DNA of 64,000 nt from an uncultured Planctomycetia bacterium (GTDB lineage: Bacteria > Omnitrophota > Gorgyraeia > 1-14-0-20-64-10), in the NCBI GenBank assembly GCA_964373805.1, contig CAYJWF010000001.1:47181-111180 (forward strand). The letters are read 5' to 3'. Positions 38,327 through 48,540 of the stretch are shown here, one piece after another. The notes beneath the pieces are model-generated. The model searched no databases. It was not told the origin of the DNA and saw nothing but the letters and a program-made list of their open reading frames with translations. Both the position numbers and the translations under genes were made by a program. Positions within the stretch are counted from its first letter, which is position 1, and each line of letters begins with the position of its first letter.

Positions 38327-38848
38327 TTAAAGGGGTCGGGTCGACCTGGTACCTTTGGCCAGCACGATTGCCCCGATGATCCCAACGAGGAGGAGCCCGG
38401 AGGCCACCTCAAACGGCAGTGCGTAGGTGGTAAACAGCAGCTTCCCAACCGCCGCGGTGGTTCCAGGAACTGGAGGACCTTGACCAGTCCACGGCACAAG
38501 CGGGATCCAGCCCATCTTGGCGACGAGGATCAGCTCTCCGAGGAAGAGGAGTCCTACCAAGGTTCCGGTCCCCCTCAAGGTTCCCCCTTTCATCCGGAAC
38601 ACCCTTTCCGGGGCCAGGTCGAGCAGCATCACGACAAAGAGGAACAGGACCAGGATTGCCCCCGCATACACCAGGATCTGGACGATCGCCACGAAGTAAG
38701 CCTGAAGCAGAACGAAGAGACCGGAGAGGGCCAGAAAGGTCCCCACCAGGCTCAACACCCCATAGACCGGGTGCCGGGCCAAGATCACCCCCAAGGCACT
38801 GGCCACCATCACGGTGGCTAGACCGTAGAACACAGTAGGATGCCCCAT
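38327..38848 (-). CDS. nuoJ: NADH-quinone oxidoreductase subunit J
   Basis: NuoJ-like TM helices (…LVYAGAILVLFLFVVML); start moved to ATG 38848. Confidence 0.75.
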   Translation of the reverse strand: MGHPTVFYGLATVMVASALGVILARHPVYGVLSLVGTFLALSGLFVLLQAYFVAIVQILVYAGAILVLFLFVVMLLDLAPERVFRMKGGTLRGTGTLVGLLFLGELILVAKMGWIPLVPWTGQGPPVPGTTAAVGKLLFTTYALPFEVASGLLLVGIIGAIVLAKGTRSTRPL

Positions 38849-38905
38849 CGGACAAAACCGAAGAATCCGCATTATATCATCAAATCCCCTGACCACTCGG
38901 AGAAC

Positions 38906-38935
38906 TTGACAAACCGTTAAAAGGTAAGGTAAATT
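38906..38935 (+). promoter_or_regulatory. sigma70-like promoter TTGACA-N17-GTAAAT for the small secreted AGLEE protein genes
   Basis: -35 38906-38911, -10 38929-38935, RBS aaggaga 38944-38950, GTG 38961. Confidence 0.5.
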
Positions 38936-38960
38936 GCTCTTAAAAGGAGACCCCATCCCG

Positions 38961-39443
38961 GTGAAAAACCGAACTCCCCGATTCGTCGCTATTTTTCTTA
39001 TCTATGCCCTGCTTCTGCCAAGCCCTGCCTTTGCCATGAGGACACAGAGTGCCGATTCCAAAACAGTCGAATCCGGCCTGGAAGAAGCCCTTCGATCCGG
39101 AAAGCCGGATGCCCTTTTCAAATTCGGCACCGCCCGCCTCGCCGGCGCCCTGGGGATATCTCCGGCTGTTCCCTCTTCGAGAGCACCTGCCGTCGTTCCT
39201 CCGCGCTCCTCGACTGTCGCCGCCGGCCTGGAGGAGAGGGCTGTGGTGCAGGAGCGGGTGCGCCGGTTCTTAGCGGGGTTGGAGGAGCAAGCCCCGCAGG
39301 GGATGACCCCTATTCTGATTGGCCGGGCTCTACAAGGGCAGGATGCCCGGTTCCGAGCCTTAGCTGGGTTGGAGCAATTCAGCATTTATCTGGATCCTGG
39401 AGCCAGGGACAGAGACTCTCTCTTTTTACTCAATTTGTCATGA
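38961..39443 (+). CDS. small secreted protein with four [AS]GLE[EQ] motifs
   Basis: GTG start after good RBS; signal peptide (M)KNRTPRFVAIFLIYALLLPSPAFA|MRTQ; mature ~135 aa Ala/Arg/Leu-rich with SGLEE, AAGLEE, LAGLEE, LAGLEQ. Confidence 0.55.
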   Translation: MKNRTPRFVAIFLIYALLLPSPAFAMRTQSADSKTVESGLEEALRSGKPDALFKFGTARLAGALGISPAVPSSRAPAVVPPRSSTVAAGLEERAVVQERVRRFLAGLEEQAPQGMTPILIGRALQGQDARFRALAGLEQFSIYLDPGARDRDSLFLLNLS

Positions 39444-39673
39444 AAGGCTACCGGCATTTCCTTTTTGCCGGTTTGGAGGAGGCACAGGCTCTGCGTCCCT
39501 TAGCGGGTCTAGCCGGTATGACCCTTGACGTGGTTCCTCCGCAGCGATTCGAGGAGCTCATGCCATCCCTTTTGGCCAAGGCCACTGGATTGGAACAGGA
39601 GGCCCTTCGGGCCTGGGAAGGCTTCGGCCAGGTCATGGCCGGTTTGGAAGAGCTCGCCGCCCTCGGCGTGTAA
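39440..39673 (+). CDS. small protein with three xGLE[EQ] motifs, translationally coupled (ATGA) to upstream gene
   Basis: 77 aa MKGYRHFLFAGLEEAQ...ATGLEQEA...MAGLEELAALGV. Confidence 0.5.
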   Translation: MKGYRHFLFAGLEEAQALRPLAGLAGMTLDVVPPQRFEELMPSLLAKATGLEQEALRAWEGFGQVMAGLEELAALGV

Positions 39674-39736
39674 GCCTGCTCGAAGAGGTACCGGGACTGT
39701 ACAGTTTAGGTCAAAGGCGTTGACCCACCTCGTATC

Positions 39737-40084
39737 TTGCGTTATTCTAGCTGCACGGTGACTCCTGTGGGACTTCATAGAGAGCTTAATCGTGTAGTCG
39801 ATCTGATTAAGAAGCGGTACCATCCGAAGGAGATTATTCTCTTTGGATCTCTGGCAAGAGGACGCAGTCGTTCCGGCAGCGATATTGATCTCGTTGTGAT
39901 CAAATCTACTCGAAAATCCTTTGTAGATCGCTTGCGGGAAGTGGCCTTGCTCCACCACGCCCGTGTCGGGGTCGACATTCTAGTCTACACGCCTAAAGAG
40001 TGGGAACGATTGCAGCACGAGAAGCGTTGGTTTATCCTGGACGAGGTCTTAAAGAAGGGGCGAATCCTCTATCGTGCCGCCTGA
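39737..40084 (+). CDS. nucleotidyltransferase (MNT antitoxin-like)
   Basis: LFGSLARGRSRSGSDIDLVV minimal NTase motif. Confidence 0.7.
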   Translation: MRYSSCTVTPVGLHRELNRVVDLIKKRYHPKEIILFGSLARGRSRSGSDIDLVVIKSTRKSFVDRLREVALLHHARVGVDILVYTPKEWERLQHEKRWFILDEVLKKGRILYRAA

Positions 40085-40499
40085 TACAGGAGCCGTTGGC
40101 CACTGGTTACGATTTGCGGCAGATGATTTAAAAGCTGCTCGGTCGGTCCTGCGAGAAGGTCTTTACCACGTGACCTGTTTCCACGCCCAGCAAGCGGTTG
40201 AAAAAGGTCTAAAGGCGTATCTGGTGGCGAGAGGGAAAGCGTTGCCGCGTGAGCATCACCTGATTAACCTTTTACAGCACTGTGTCCGTTCAAAACTAAG
40301 CGGTAGTAGAGGAGTAGAGCATGCTTGTAAGATCTTGGATCAGTACTATCTACCTACTCGGTATCCAGATGCCCTAGTGGGAAGCCTCCCTCAAGGATTA
40401 CCCACTCGTTCCCACGCAACAGAGGCCATCGACCTGGCCGAGACGGCTTTGCGAGCCGTTCGGCGATCCATCAGAAGAAAATCTGTTTTCCCCGGGTAA
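40074..40499 (+). CDS. HEPN-domain protein
   Basis: FHAQQAVEKGLKAYL and YYLPTRYPD HEPN features; overlaps NTase gene. Confidence 0.7.
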   Translation: MPPDTGAVGHWLRFAADDLKAARSVLREGLYHVTCFHAQQAVEKGLKAYLVARGKALPREHHLINLLQHCVRSKLSGSRGVEHACKILDQYYLPTRYPDALVGSLPQGLPTRSHATEAIDLAETALRAVRRSIRRKSVFPG

Positions 40500-40544
40500 G
40501 CTCCTATGGTTCCCATGGGGCCGGCGTGCTATGCTTAAAGTGAG

Positions 40545-40866
40545 ATGGATGGCCGGATAAGAATTTTGCTGGCGGAGTTGAAAAAAAGAACTCCAGGCGA
40601 TTTACGGAGGCCGTTTGATAAGGGTCCACCTGTACGGTTCCTATGCCAGAGGCGAGGCGGATCCGGAGTCGGATGTCGATGTGTTGGTCGTGTTGGACGA
40701 ATACGACCGGTATTCTGTAGAGATAAGGCGGACCAGTCAACGGATCTCCTCCCTATGCCTCAAGTACAGTGTCAGCGTTAGTCGTGTGTTCATTTCTGAA
40801 GAGAAATGGTTAAGGGACGATTCGCCCTTTCTCCGGAACACGCGATCTGAAGCCATTGCCGCATGA
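40545..40866 (+). pseudogene. nucleotidyltransferase gene disrupted by +1 frameshift in an A7 tract (40581-40587)
   Basis: ATG 40545 frame gives MDGRIRILLAELKK then, with A6, would continue ELQAIYGGRLIRVHLYGSYARGEADPESDVDVLVV (the 40615..40866 ORF). Confidence 0.6.
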
Positions 40867-40991
40867 AGCCAGAGACTGAGAAACTGCTGGAGAAGGCGGC
40901 ACCTGGCAGGCCAACAGTAAGATTCCCTGTTCCGCAAGATGTCCGGCATTTCCTTTTTGCCGGTCTGGAACAGCTCGGCTCCAGCGCGTAG
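40863..40991 (+). CDS. 42-aa peptide ending RHFLFAGLEQLGSSA
   Basis: ATG overlaps NTase stop (ATGA); shares 30-nt identity (ccggcatttcctttttgccggt...tgga) with start of gene 39440..39673; below ORF-track size cutoff. Confidence 0.3.
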   Translation: MKPETEKLLEKAAPGRPTVRFPVPQDVRHFLFAGLEQLGSSA

Positions 40992-41136
40992 GCCCATCCC
41001 AACTTCCTCTGCGGGTGCATCCCAAGTTTGTCGGTAAAGGGTTAAAATAAGAGGAACTCCCCGAAGAAAGGAGTTCCTCTACCGTCGGGTTGATTCTCCC
41101 TTTTCGCTGTGGTAAAGTCGTTTTAAGGAGATACCC

Positions 41137-41358
41137 ATGCGGCTCAGTGAGGCAAAAAGGAAATATCGAGGCCAGTGGTTGGCGTTCTCTATCCGACGGG
41201 AGAAAGACGCAGATCCGGAAGGGACTCTGGTGGCCCACGCGAAGAGTCGCCATGAGCTGCATCGAAGGCTTCAAAAGCGACACATCTGGCGCGTGTATCT
41301 AACCTTTGCAGGTCCTCCTGTAAGGCCAGGCTACGCCGTCGTTTTTGTTCTGACTTAA
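41137..41358 (+). CDS. DUF5678-like small protein
   Basis: 73 aa; recollection of DUF5678 pattern, low certainty. Confidence 0.35.
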   Translation: MRLSEAKRKYRGQWLAFSIRREKDADPEGTLVAHAKSRHELHRRLQKRHIWRVYLTFAGPPVRPGYAVVFVLT

Positions 41359-41751
41359 GTGGAGCTTCCCCTCGTATTTGGAAAACCAATCCTCGTTCCG
41401 AGAGTCCGCGTCACTGGGCCAAAGGCCATCCGCGAGGTGGACCTATTCCTCGATACGGGGGCCCTTTATACCCTCCTCGCCGTTGATGTGTTACGTGAAG
41501 TTGGATGTGACCCGCTGGCTGCTCGTCGTCGCATTCCTATGGTGACTGCCAAGGGCGTCCTTACGGTTCCTGTTGTTCGAGTCCCATCCGTAGAGGTTGC
41601 CGGCTTTCGACTGAGGAACGTTTCTGTGCTTTGTCACGATATCCCTGAACTGGCCGAAGCGGCCGGATTACTTGGGCTTAACGTGTTGGAGTCGTTCATC
41701 ACTACGTTGGATTATGAGAAAAGGAAACTTCTCTTCCAGTTGTGGCGCTAA
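41359..41751 (+). CDS. retropepsin-like (clan AA) aspartic protease
   Basis: FLDTGALYT catalytic DTG motif in ~130-aa protein, GTG start abutting upstream gene. Confidence 0.6.
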   Translation: MELPLVFGKPILVPRVRVTGPKAIREVDLFLDTGALYTLLAVDVLREVGCDPLAARRRIPMVTAKGVLTVPVVRVPSVEVAGFRLRNVSVLCHDIPELAEAAGLLGLNVLESFITTLDYEKRKLLFQLWR

Positions 41752-42623
41752 AGATCCCTCTTTCTGAACTTCCCGCCGTTGCCAGAGAGATTCGTAAAGA
41801 AGTGGTCCGGATGCTGGGGGTGGCCGGTTCCGGGCATCCCGGCGGCTCTCTATCGGCGGCGGATATCGTGGCCACCCTGTTTTTCCACGTGATGCGGTAC
41901 GATCCGAAGAATCCCGATTGGGAAGACCGGGACCGGTTCGTCTTGAGTAAGGGGCACGGTTGTCCGGTCGTTTACGCGGCCATGGCGTTGGCCGGGTATT
42001 TTCCGCGAGAGCAGTTGATGACCTTACGAAAACTCGGCTCCCCGTTACAGGGGCATCCGGATCGGAAGCGCCTACCCGGTCTGGAGGCCTCTACCGGCTC
42101 CTTGGGGCAGGGGCTCTCCATTGCCAATGGGATCGCCTTGAGCGGCGCCATGGACCGAAAGGATTATTGGACCTTTTGCCTGATGAGCGACGGGGAGCTC
42201 CAGGAGGGGCAGAGCTGGGAAGCGGCCGCTTTCGCCGGGTTCCATCGGTTGGAGCGGCTCATCGCCATCGTCGATTACAATAAGTTCCAGTTGGATGGAG
42301 CGGTGGCCCAGATCAACGATCCGGAGCCCCTGCGGGCGAAGTGGGAAGCCTTCCGGTGGCACGTGCAGGAGATCGATGGGCACGATATCCCAAGGATCGT
42401 TCAGGCGATCGAGGCGGCGAAAGCGGTCAAGAAACAACCTCATATGATCATCGCCCATACGATCAAGGGAAAGGGGGTATCCTTCATGGAGAACAACAAC
42501 TATTTCCATGGGGTGGCTCCGAACGCCGAGGAGGCGCAAGCGGCTCTGAAAGAGCTGGAGGGTGACCCCTCTCTTTCGCAGGCGCTCATCGCCGCCGGCA
42601 AGGTGAAGACGGGCAACAAGTGA
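41742..42623 (+). CDS. transketolase, N-terminal (thiamine diphosphate-binding) subunit
   Basis: GHPGGSLS, GSLGQGLS TPP-binding motifs; split-transketolase arrangement. Confidence 0.8.
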   Translation: MALKIPLSELPAVAREIRKEVVRMLGVAGSGHPGGSLSAADIVATLFFHVMRYDPKNPDWEDRDRFVLSKGHGCPVVYAAMALAGYFPREQLMTLRKLGSPLQGHPDRKRLPGLEASTGSLGQGLSIANGIALSGAMDRKDYWTFCLMSDGELQEGQSWEAAAFAGFHRLERLIAIVDYNKFQLDGAVAQINDPEPLRAKWEAFRWHVQEIDGHDIPRIVQAIEAAKAVKKQPHMIIAHTIKGKGVSFMENNNYFHGVAPNAEEAQAALKELEGDPSLSQALIAAGKVKTGNK

Positions 42624-43609
42624 CGGTTATAGAAACCATGGAACGAAAACTGGGATGTGCCACCCGAGACGCGTACGGCCAGACCCTGGTCGAGTTGGGA
42701 AGAAACAATCCCCAGATCGTGGTGTTGGACGCGGATCTCGCCTCCTCCACGAGAACCCGGCTATTTGCCAAGGAGTTCCCGGACCGATTCTTTAATGTGG
42801 GGATCTCAGAGGCCAACATGGTGGGGATGGCCGGTGGGTTAGCTTCCTCTGGGAAAATCCCCTTTATCTCCAGCTTTGCCTGCTTCATGACCTGCAAGGC
42901 GTACGATCAGCTCCGGATGGCGGTGGCGTATCCCCATTTGAACGTCAAGGTGGTCGTTTCCCATGGTGGGATCAGCGTAGGAGAAGATGGAGTCTCCCAG
43001 CAGTCGATCGAAGACGTGGCCCTGATGACGTCGCTTGCCCATTTTACCGTGATCGTCCCGGCCGATGAGCATGCCACGCGGGCGCTGGTGAAGGAGGCCG
43101 CGTCAACGGTGGGGCCCATCTACCTTCGAACCGGAAGGCCCAAGGCCCCTTTGATCTATCAACAGTCGTCGGCCTTTTCCATGGGGAAAGGGAATCTGCT
43201 TCGCCAGGGAAAGGATGTCACCGTGATGGCCAACGGCCTATTGGTCTTTGAAGCGCTGGTGGCGGCCGAGGAGTTGGAGAAGGCAGGGATTTCCGCCGCC
43301 GTGGCGGATCTCCACACGGTTAAGCCGCTGGATGAGTCGCTGATTCTCTCTCAGGCGAAGGCCACCGGGGCGATTGTCACCGCCGAGGAGCACCAGATCT
43401 GGGGCGGCTTAGGTTCGGCGGTAGCCCGCATGGTAGCCCGGACGCATCCCGTTCCGATGGAGTTCGTGGCCATCCAAGACACCTATGCCGAATCGGGCAA
43501 GCCGGAAGAGCTGTTCGAAAAGTACGGGCTTACCTCCCAGCACGTCGTCGAGGCGGTCCGGCGGGTGTTGGAGAGAAAATCTAAAGGGGTCAGACCCCAT
43601 CAGCAATGA
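42620..43609 (+). CDS. transketolase, C-terminal (pyrimidine-binding) subunit
   Basis: Transketolase Pyr and C-terminal domains; last codons KGVRPHQQ encoded by GGGGTCAGACCCC repeat. Confidence 0.8.
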   Translation: MTVIETMERKLGCATRDAYGQTLVELGRNNPQIVVLDADLASSTRTRLFAKEFPDRFFNVGISEANMVGMAGGLASSGKIPFISSFACFMTCKAYDQLRMAVAYPHLNVKVVVSHGGISVGEDGVSQQSIEDVALMTSLAHFTVIVPADEHATRALVKEAASTVGPIYLRTGRPKAPLIYQQSSAFSMGKGNLLRQGKDVTVMANGLLVFEALVAAEELEKAGISAAVADLHTVKPLDESLILSQAKATGAIVTAEEHQIWGGLGSAVARMVARTHPVPMEFVAIQDTYAESGKPEELFEKYGLTSQHVVEAVRRVLERKSKGVRPHQQ

Positions 43610-44250
43610 AACTTTATCTTAAATCTCTCGAGTTAGGGCCCCTTCAAAACCTTGTCTATTTAATCGGCTGCCTCGAGACCCGAGAATCGGCCGTGGTCGA
43701 TCCGGCCTGGAATGTTCCCAAAATCTTGGAGACCGCCGTCCAGGATGAGATGCGGGTGACGACCGCGATCATCACCCACACCCATTTCGATCATGTGAAT
43801 GGCCTGTCGGATCTCTTGAAAGCGGTGGATCCCAAAGTGATCGTCCATAAAAAGGAGGCGGCTCAGCTTGCCATCGAGCGATCCAGCGTCCAGGCCGTCG
43901 AGGGAGGGCAAGAGATCCCCCTAGGAAACTTAAAGCTCTCATTCCTCCATACCCCAGGGCATACGCCCGGCTCTCAGTGCATCACCGTGGCCGATCGGTT
44001 GATCGCCGGGGATACCCTCTTCGTTGGGGGCTGCGGTCGTTGCGACCTTGCCGGCGGGGACCCCGAGGCGCTGTACCAGAGTTTGGTTCGATTGAACCAA
44101 CTCGACGATCGAACGATTCTCCACCCCGGCCATAACTACGCCGCTTCCCCTACCTCGACCTTGAGGGAGGAGAAGTCGTACAATCCGTTCTTGAAGGCCC
44201 CGAGCGTGGAGGGCTTCCTTCAGCTCGTTGGCGCCGTCCGAAAGCGGTAA
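43606..44250 (+). CDS. MBL-fold metallo-hydrolase
   Basis: THTHFDHVNG HxHxDH motif. Confidence 0.75.
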   Translation: MKLYLKSLELGPLQNLVYLIGCLETRESAVVDPAWNVPKILETAVQDEMRVTTAIITHTHFDHVNGLSDLLKAVDPKVIVHKKEAAQLAIERSSVQAVEGGQEIPLGNLKLSFLHTPGHTPGSQCITVADRLIAGDTLFVGGCGRCDLAGGDPEALYQSLVRLNQLDDRTILHPGHNYAASPTSTLREEKSYNPFLKAPSVEGFLQLVGAVRKR

Positions 44251-44253
44251 GGC

Positions 44254-44322
44254 GAGATTGCTTCGTTCCCATTGCGGAGTTTACCCTGAGAGCCATCGAA
44301 GGGCTCTGGGTCCTCGCAATGA
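44254..44322. repeat. REP-like repeat, degenerate inverted pair between MBL-hydrolase gene and folB
   Basis: gagattgcttcgttcccattgcggag ... gggtcctcgcaatgac. Confidence 0.6.
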
Positions 44323-44335
44323 CGGTGGTGGATGA

Positions 44336-44734
44336 ATGGACCGGATCCTGATGGAAGGGCTCAAAGCCGATGCCCATGTCGGGGTTCTCTTAAAGGAACG
44401 AGAGAAACGCCAGCGGATCTTGATCGATCTGGAGTTGGGGTTGGATTTAAAGCTGGCCGGTGAGAGGGACCGCGTGCAGGCGACGATCGATTACGTCGCG
44501 GTGGCTAAGGAAGTGAAGGATCTTGTGGAGGGCCGGTCTTTCCACTTGGTGGAGGCGATGGCCGAGGCGGTCGGAAAGCTGGTTTTAGAGCGGTTCAAAC
44601 CGGCTCAGGTTCGGGTCAGGATCCGGAAGTTTTCGGTTCCGGCAACGAGCTGGGTGGGTGTAGAGATGATCCGGCCTACGAGTTCCGGTAACTCGCGAAA
44701 GAGGTCGACGTCTCCCAGAGTCGGACCTCGGTGA
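44336..44734 (+). CDS. folB: dihydroneopterin aldolase
   Basis: FolB-like core ...TIDYVAVAKEV...VGVEMIRP; C-terminal tail overlaps queD on opposite strand. Confidence 0.6.
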   Translation: MDRILMEGLKADAHVGVLLKEREKRQRILIDLELGLDLKLAGERDRVQATIDYVAVAKEVKDLVEGRSFHLVEAMAEAVGKLVLERFKPAQVRVRIRKFSVPATSWVGVEMIRPTSSGNSRKRSTSPRVGPR

Positions 44735-45080
44735 CCGGAAAGCCTTTGGATTGGGCGTAGGTGAAGATCATCCGAGCCAGCGCCTCGGCGGTGGGATTCT
44801 CCTCGATTATGACGATGGGTTCCTTCAGGCTGTTTAAGTGCGGGATGATGAGATCCGCTCGGTTCAGGATCATCTTGTGATCCAGGGCGGTGTCGATCCA
44901 AGCCTGGATGCCCTGTTTAATCTCCTCGAAATCCATCACCATCCCCCGGTGGTCCAGTGTATTGCGGCTGAGCTCAATCTCCACCTTGGCGTTGTGCCCG
45001 TGGAGGAACCGACACTTCCCCTCGTAGTTCAACAGCCGATGGCCGTAGCAGAAATGAATCTCTTTGGTCACCTTGTACAA
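44676..45080 (-). CDS. queD: 6-carboxy-5,6,7,8-tetrahydropterin synthase
   Basis: CYGHRLLNYEGKCRFLHGHN motif. Confidence 0.8.
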   Translation of the reverse strand: MYKVTKEIHFCYGHRLLNYEGKCRFLHGHNAKVEIELSRNTLDHRGMVMDFEEIKQGIQAWIDTALDHKMILNRADLIIPHLNSLKEPIVIIEENPTAEALARMIFTYAQSKGFPVTEVRLWETSTSFASYRNS

Positions 45081-45142
45081 GAACGCTTCTCCTAGGGACA
45101 GTTCTCTTAAAGAGAACCGTCCCTGACTCGCCCCATGATACG

Positions 45143-45859
45143 ATGAAGCGACCGAAGGATCAAGCCACGGCCGTGGGCGTTTTGACCAGCGGCGGGGTGG
45201 AGTCGGCGGCTCTCTTGACCGAGGCCGTTCAACGATACGAGCGGGTTTACCCGATCTATGTCCAGAAGGGGTTCCAGTGGGAAAGGGTAGAGCTTTCCTA
45301 TTTAAAGAGACTTCTCAGTACCTTGGCCTGCGACGGGATGGCCCGGTTGACGATTCTCCGTCTGCCGGTAAAATCGATCTACGGATCTCATTGGAGCTTA
45401 GGGAGATTGAGGACGCCCGGTTCTAGAGCGCCGGATCAGGCGGTCTATCTGCCGGGGCGGAACCTCTTGTTGTTAAGCGGCGCGGCCCTTTTCTGTTGTT
45501 TGAGGAAGATCCCGGTGCTTTGGATCGGGATCTTGAGGGGAAACCCCTTCCGCGACGCCCGATACAACTTCTTGGAGGGGATCGGGAGATTAATTCAGGA
45601 GGCGCTGGAGGAGCCGATTCGGATTGTGGCTCCTTTGAGAGAGTTGAATAAGGCTGAGGTCATTCGGCGTTGGTCTGAGGTTCCATGGGGAAAGACCTTT
45701 TCCTGTCTCAATCCTTTCGGGCAGATCCACTGCGGCCGGTGTCAGAAGTGCGCGGAGCGAAAGGGCGGCTTCCGAGCGGTCGGGATTCCGGATCCAACCA
45801 CCTACGCACGCGCGTCATTACTTCGCTCCTCTCGCCTTCGCTCGGGGTCCTCGCAATGA
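45143..45859 (+). CDS. queC: 7-cyano-7-deazaguanine synthase-like PP-loop ATPase
   Basis: VGVLTSGGVESAAL PP-loop, C-terminal CLNPFGQIHCGRCQKC zinc site. Confidence 0.65.
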   Translation: MKRPKDQATAVGVLTSGGVESAALLTEAVQRYERVYPIYVQKGFQWERVELSYLKRLLSTLACDGMARLTILRLPVKSIYGSHWSLGRLRTPGSRAPDQAVYLPGRNLLLLSGAALFCCLRKIPVLWIGILRGNPFRDARYNFLEGIGRLIQEALEEPIRIVAPLRELNKAEVIRRWSEVPWGKTFSCLNPFGQIHCGRCQKCAERKGGFRAVGIPDPTTYARASLLRSSRLRSGSSQ

Positions 45860-45860
45860 C
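45811..45860. repeat. REP-like repeat, degenerate copy between queC and sdhC
   Basis: gcgtcattacttcgctcctctcgccttcgctcggggtcctcgcaatgac; contains queC stop. Confidence 0.6.
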
Positions 45861-45881
45861 GATGATAGGAGAATTTACACC

Positions 45882-46244
45882 ATGATTTACCGCGGCGGTA
45901 TCGGCCAGTGGTCTTGGGCTCTGCACCGCGTGACCGGCATCGGGGTGCTCCTGTTCCTTTTTACCCACATCTTGGATACGGCCCTCATCATGCTGGGTCC
46001 CCAATGGTACAACCGGGTGATCGGGATCTATCGGATGCCGATCTTTGGGCTCCTGGAGATCGGCCTATTTGCCGCGGTCCTGTACCACGCCTTAAACGGT
46101 GTGCGGATCGTTCTGTTCGATTTCTGGCCGGGGCTGACGGTCCATTACAAAACGATGTTCATGATTCAGATGGTCTTGTTCATGGTCGTCTTCCTTCCGG
46201 TCGCCTGGATCATGCTGGGGCACATCCTTCCTGGGGGGGCCTAA
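45882..46244 (+). CDS. sdhC: succinate dehydrogenase cytochrome b subunit
   Basis: 120 aa, three TM helices with His ligand. Confidence 0.7.
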   Translation: MIYRGGIGQWSWALHRVTGIGVLLFLFTHILDTALIMLGPQWYNRVIGIYRMPIFGLLEIGLFAAVLYHALNGVRIVLFDFWPGLTVHYKTMFMIQMVLFMVVFLPVAWIMLGHILPGGA

Positions 46245-46679
46245 ATGACCCGCCCTCCGGTGTTCATGAAAGGAAATCCTGATCTTGGGTATGGACATCC
46301 TAGGCCCTCCGGTGGGACGGAGTTGTACGCCTGGCTCTTCATGCGGCTCTCCGGGATTCTGCTGTTGGTGTTGGCCCTCGGGCATTTCTTCATCATGCAT
46401 CTTTTTAACAGCGTTCACACCATCGACTACGATTTTGTCGCGGCCCGGTACCTGGGACTTTTCTGGCGTGGCTATGATCTCGCCCTGCTGTGGCTGGCGA
46501 TGATCCACGGGATCAATGGAGCCCGCATGCTGGCCGACGATTACCTGCGTCCACCGGTTCGAGGGTGGGTGGTGAAGGGGCTGTATCTCGTGGGAATTTT
46601 GTTTCTGGTGTTGGGCACTTGGGTGATTGTAGCGTTCCAACCGATGGTGCCAGGCACCAAAACCCTGAAACTTTTATAA
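46245..46679 (+). CDS. sdhD: succinate dehydrogenase membrane anchor subunit
   Basis: 144 aa hydrophobic; position between sdhC and sdhA; last codons read into repeat. Confidence 0.65.
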   Translation: MTRPPVFMKGNPDLGYGHPRPSGGTELYAWLFMRLSGILLLVLALGHFFIMHLFNSVHTIDYDFVAARYLGLFWRGYDLALLWLAMIHGINGARMLADDYLRPPVRGWVVKGLYLVGILFLVLGTWVIVAFQPMVPGTKTLKLL

Positions 46680-46691
46680 AGTTAAGCCAAA

Positions 46692-46705
<14 letters not shown>
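46646..46705. repeat. MITE-like element: GGTGCCAGGCACC ... AACTTTTATAAAGTT ... GGTGCCAGGCAC
   Basis: Spans sdhD stop and sdhA start; supplies ATGGTGCCAGGCAC = MVPGT. Confidence 0.7.
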
Positions 46706-48458
<1,753 letters not shown>

Positions 48459-48521
48459 ATGGTACCAGGTACAATTTCGGCTCAACTTTTTAAAAGTTAT
48501 ACCGATTTTGTACCTGGTACC
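48459..48521. repeat. MITE-like element (GGTACCAGGTACA ... AACTTTTTAAAAGTT ... TGTACCTGGTACC)
   Basis: Between sdhA stop and sdhB; near-identical to 10887-10947. Confidence 0.75.
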
Positions 48522-48540
48522 GTTTTCGTACCGTTTTCCG

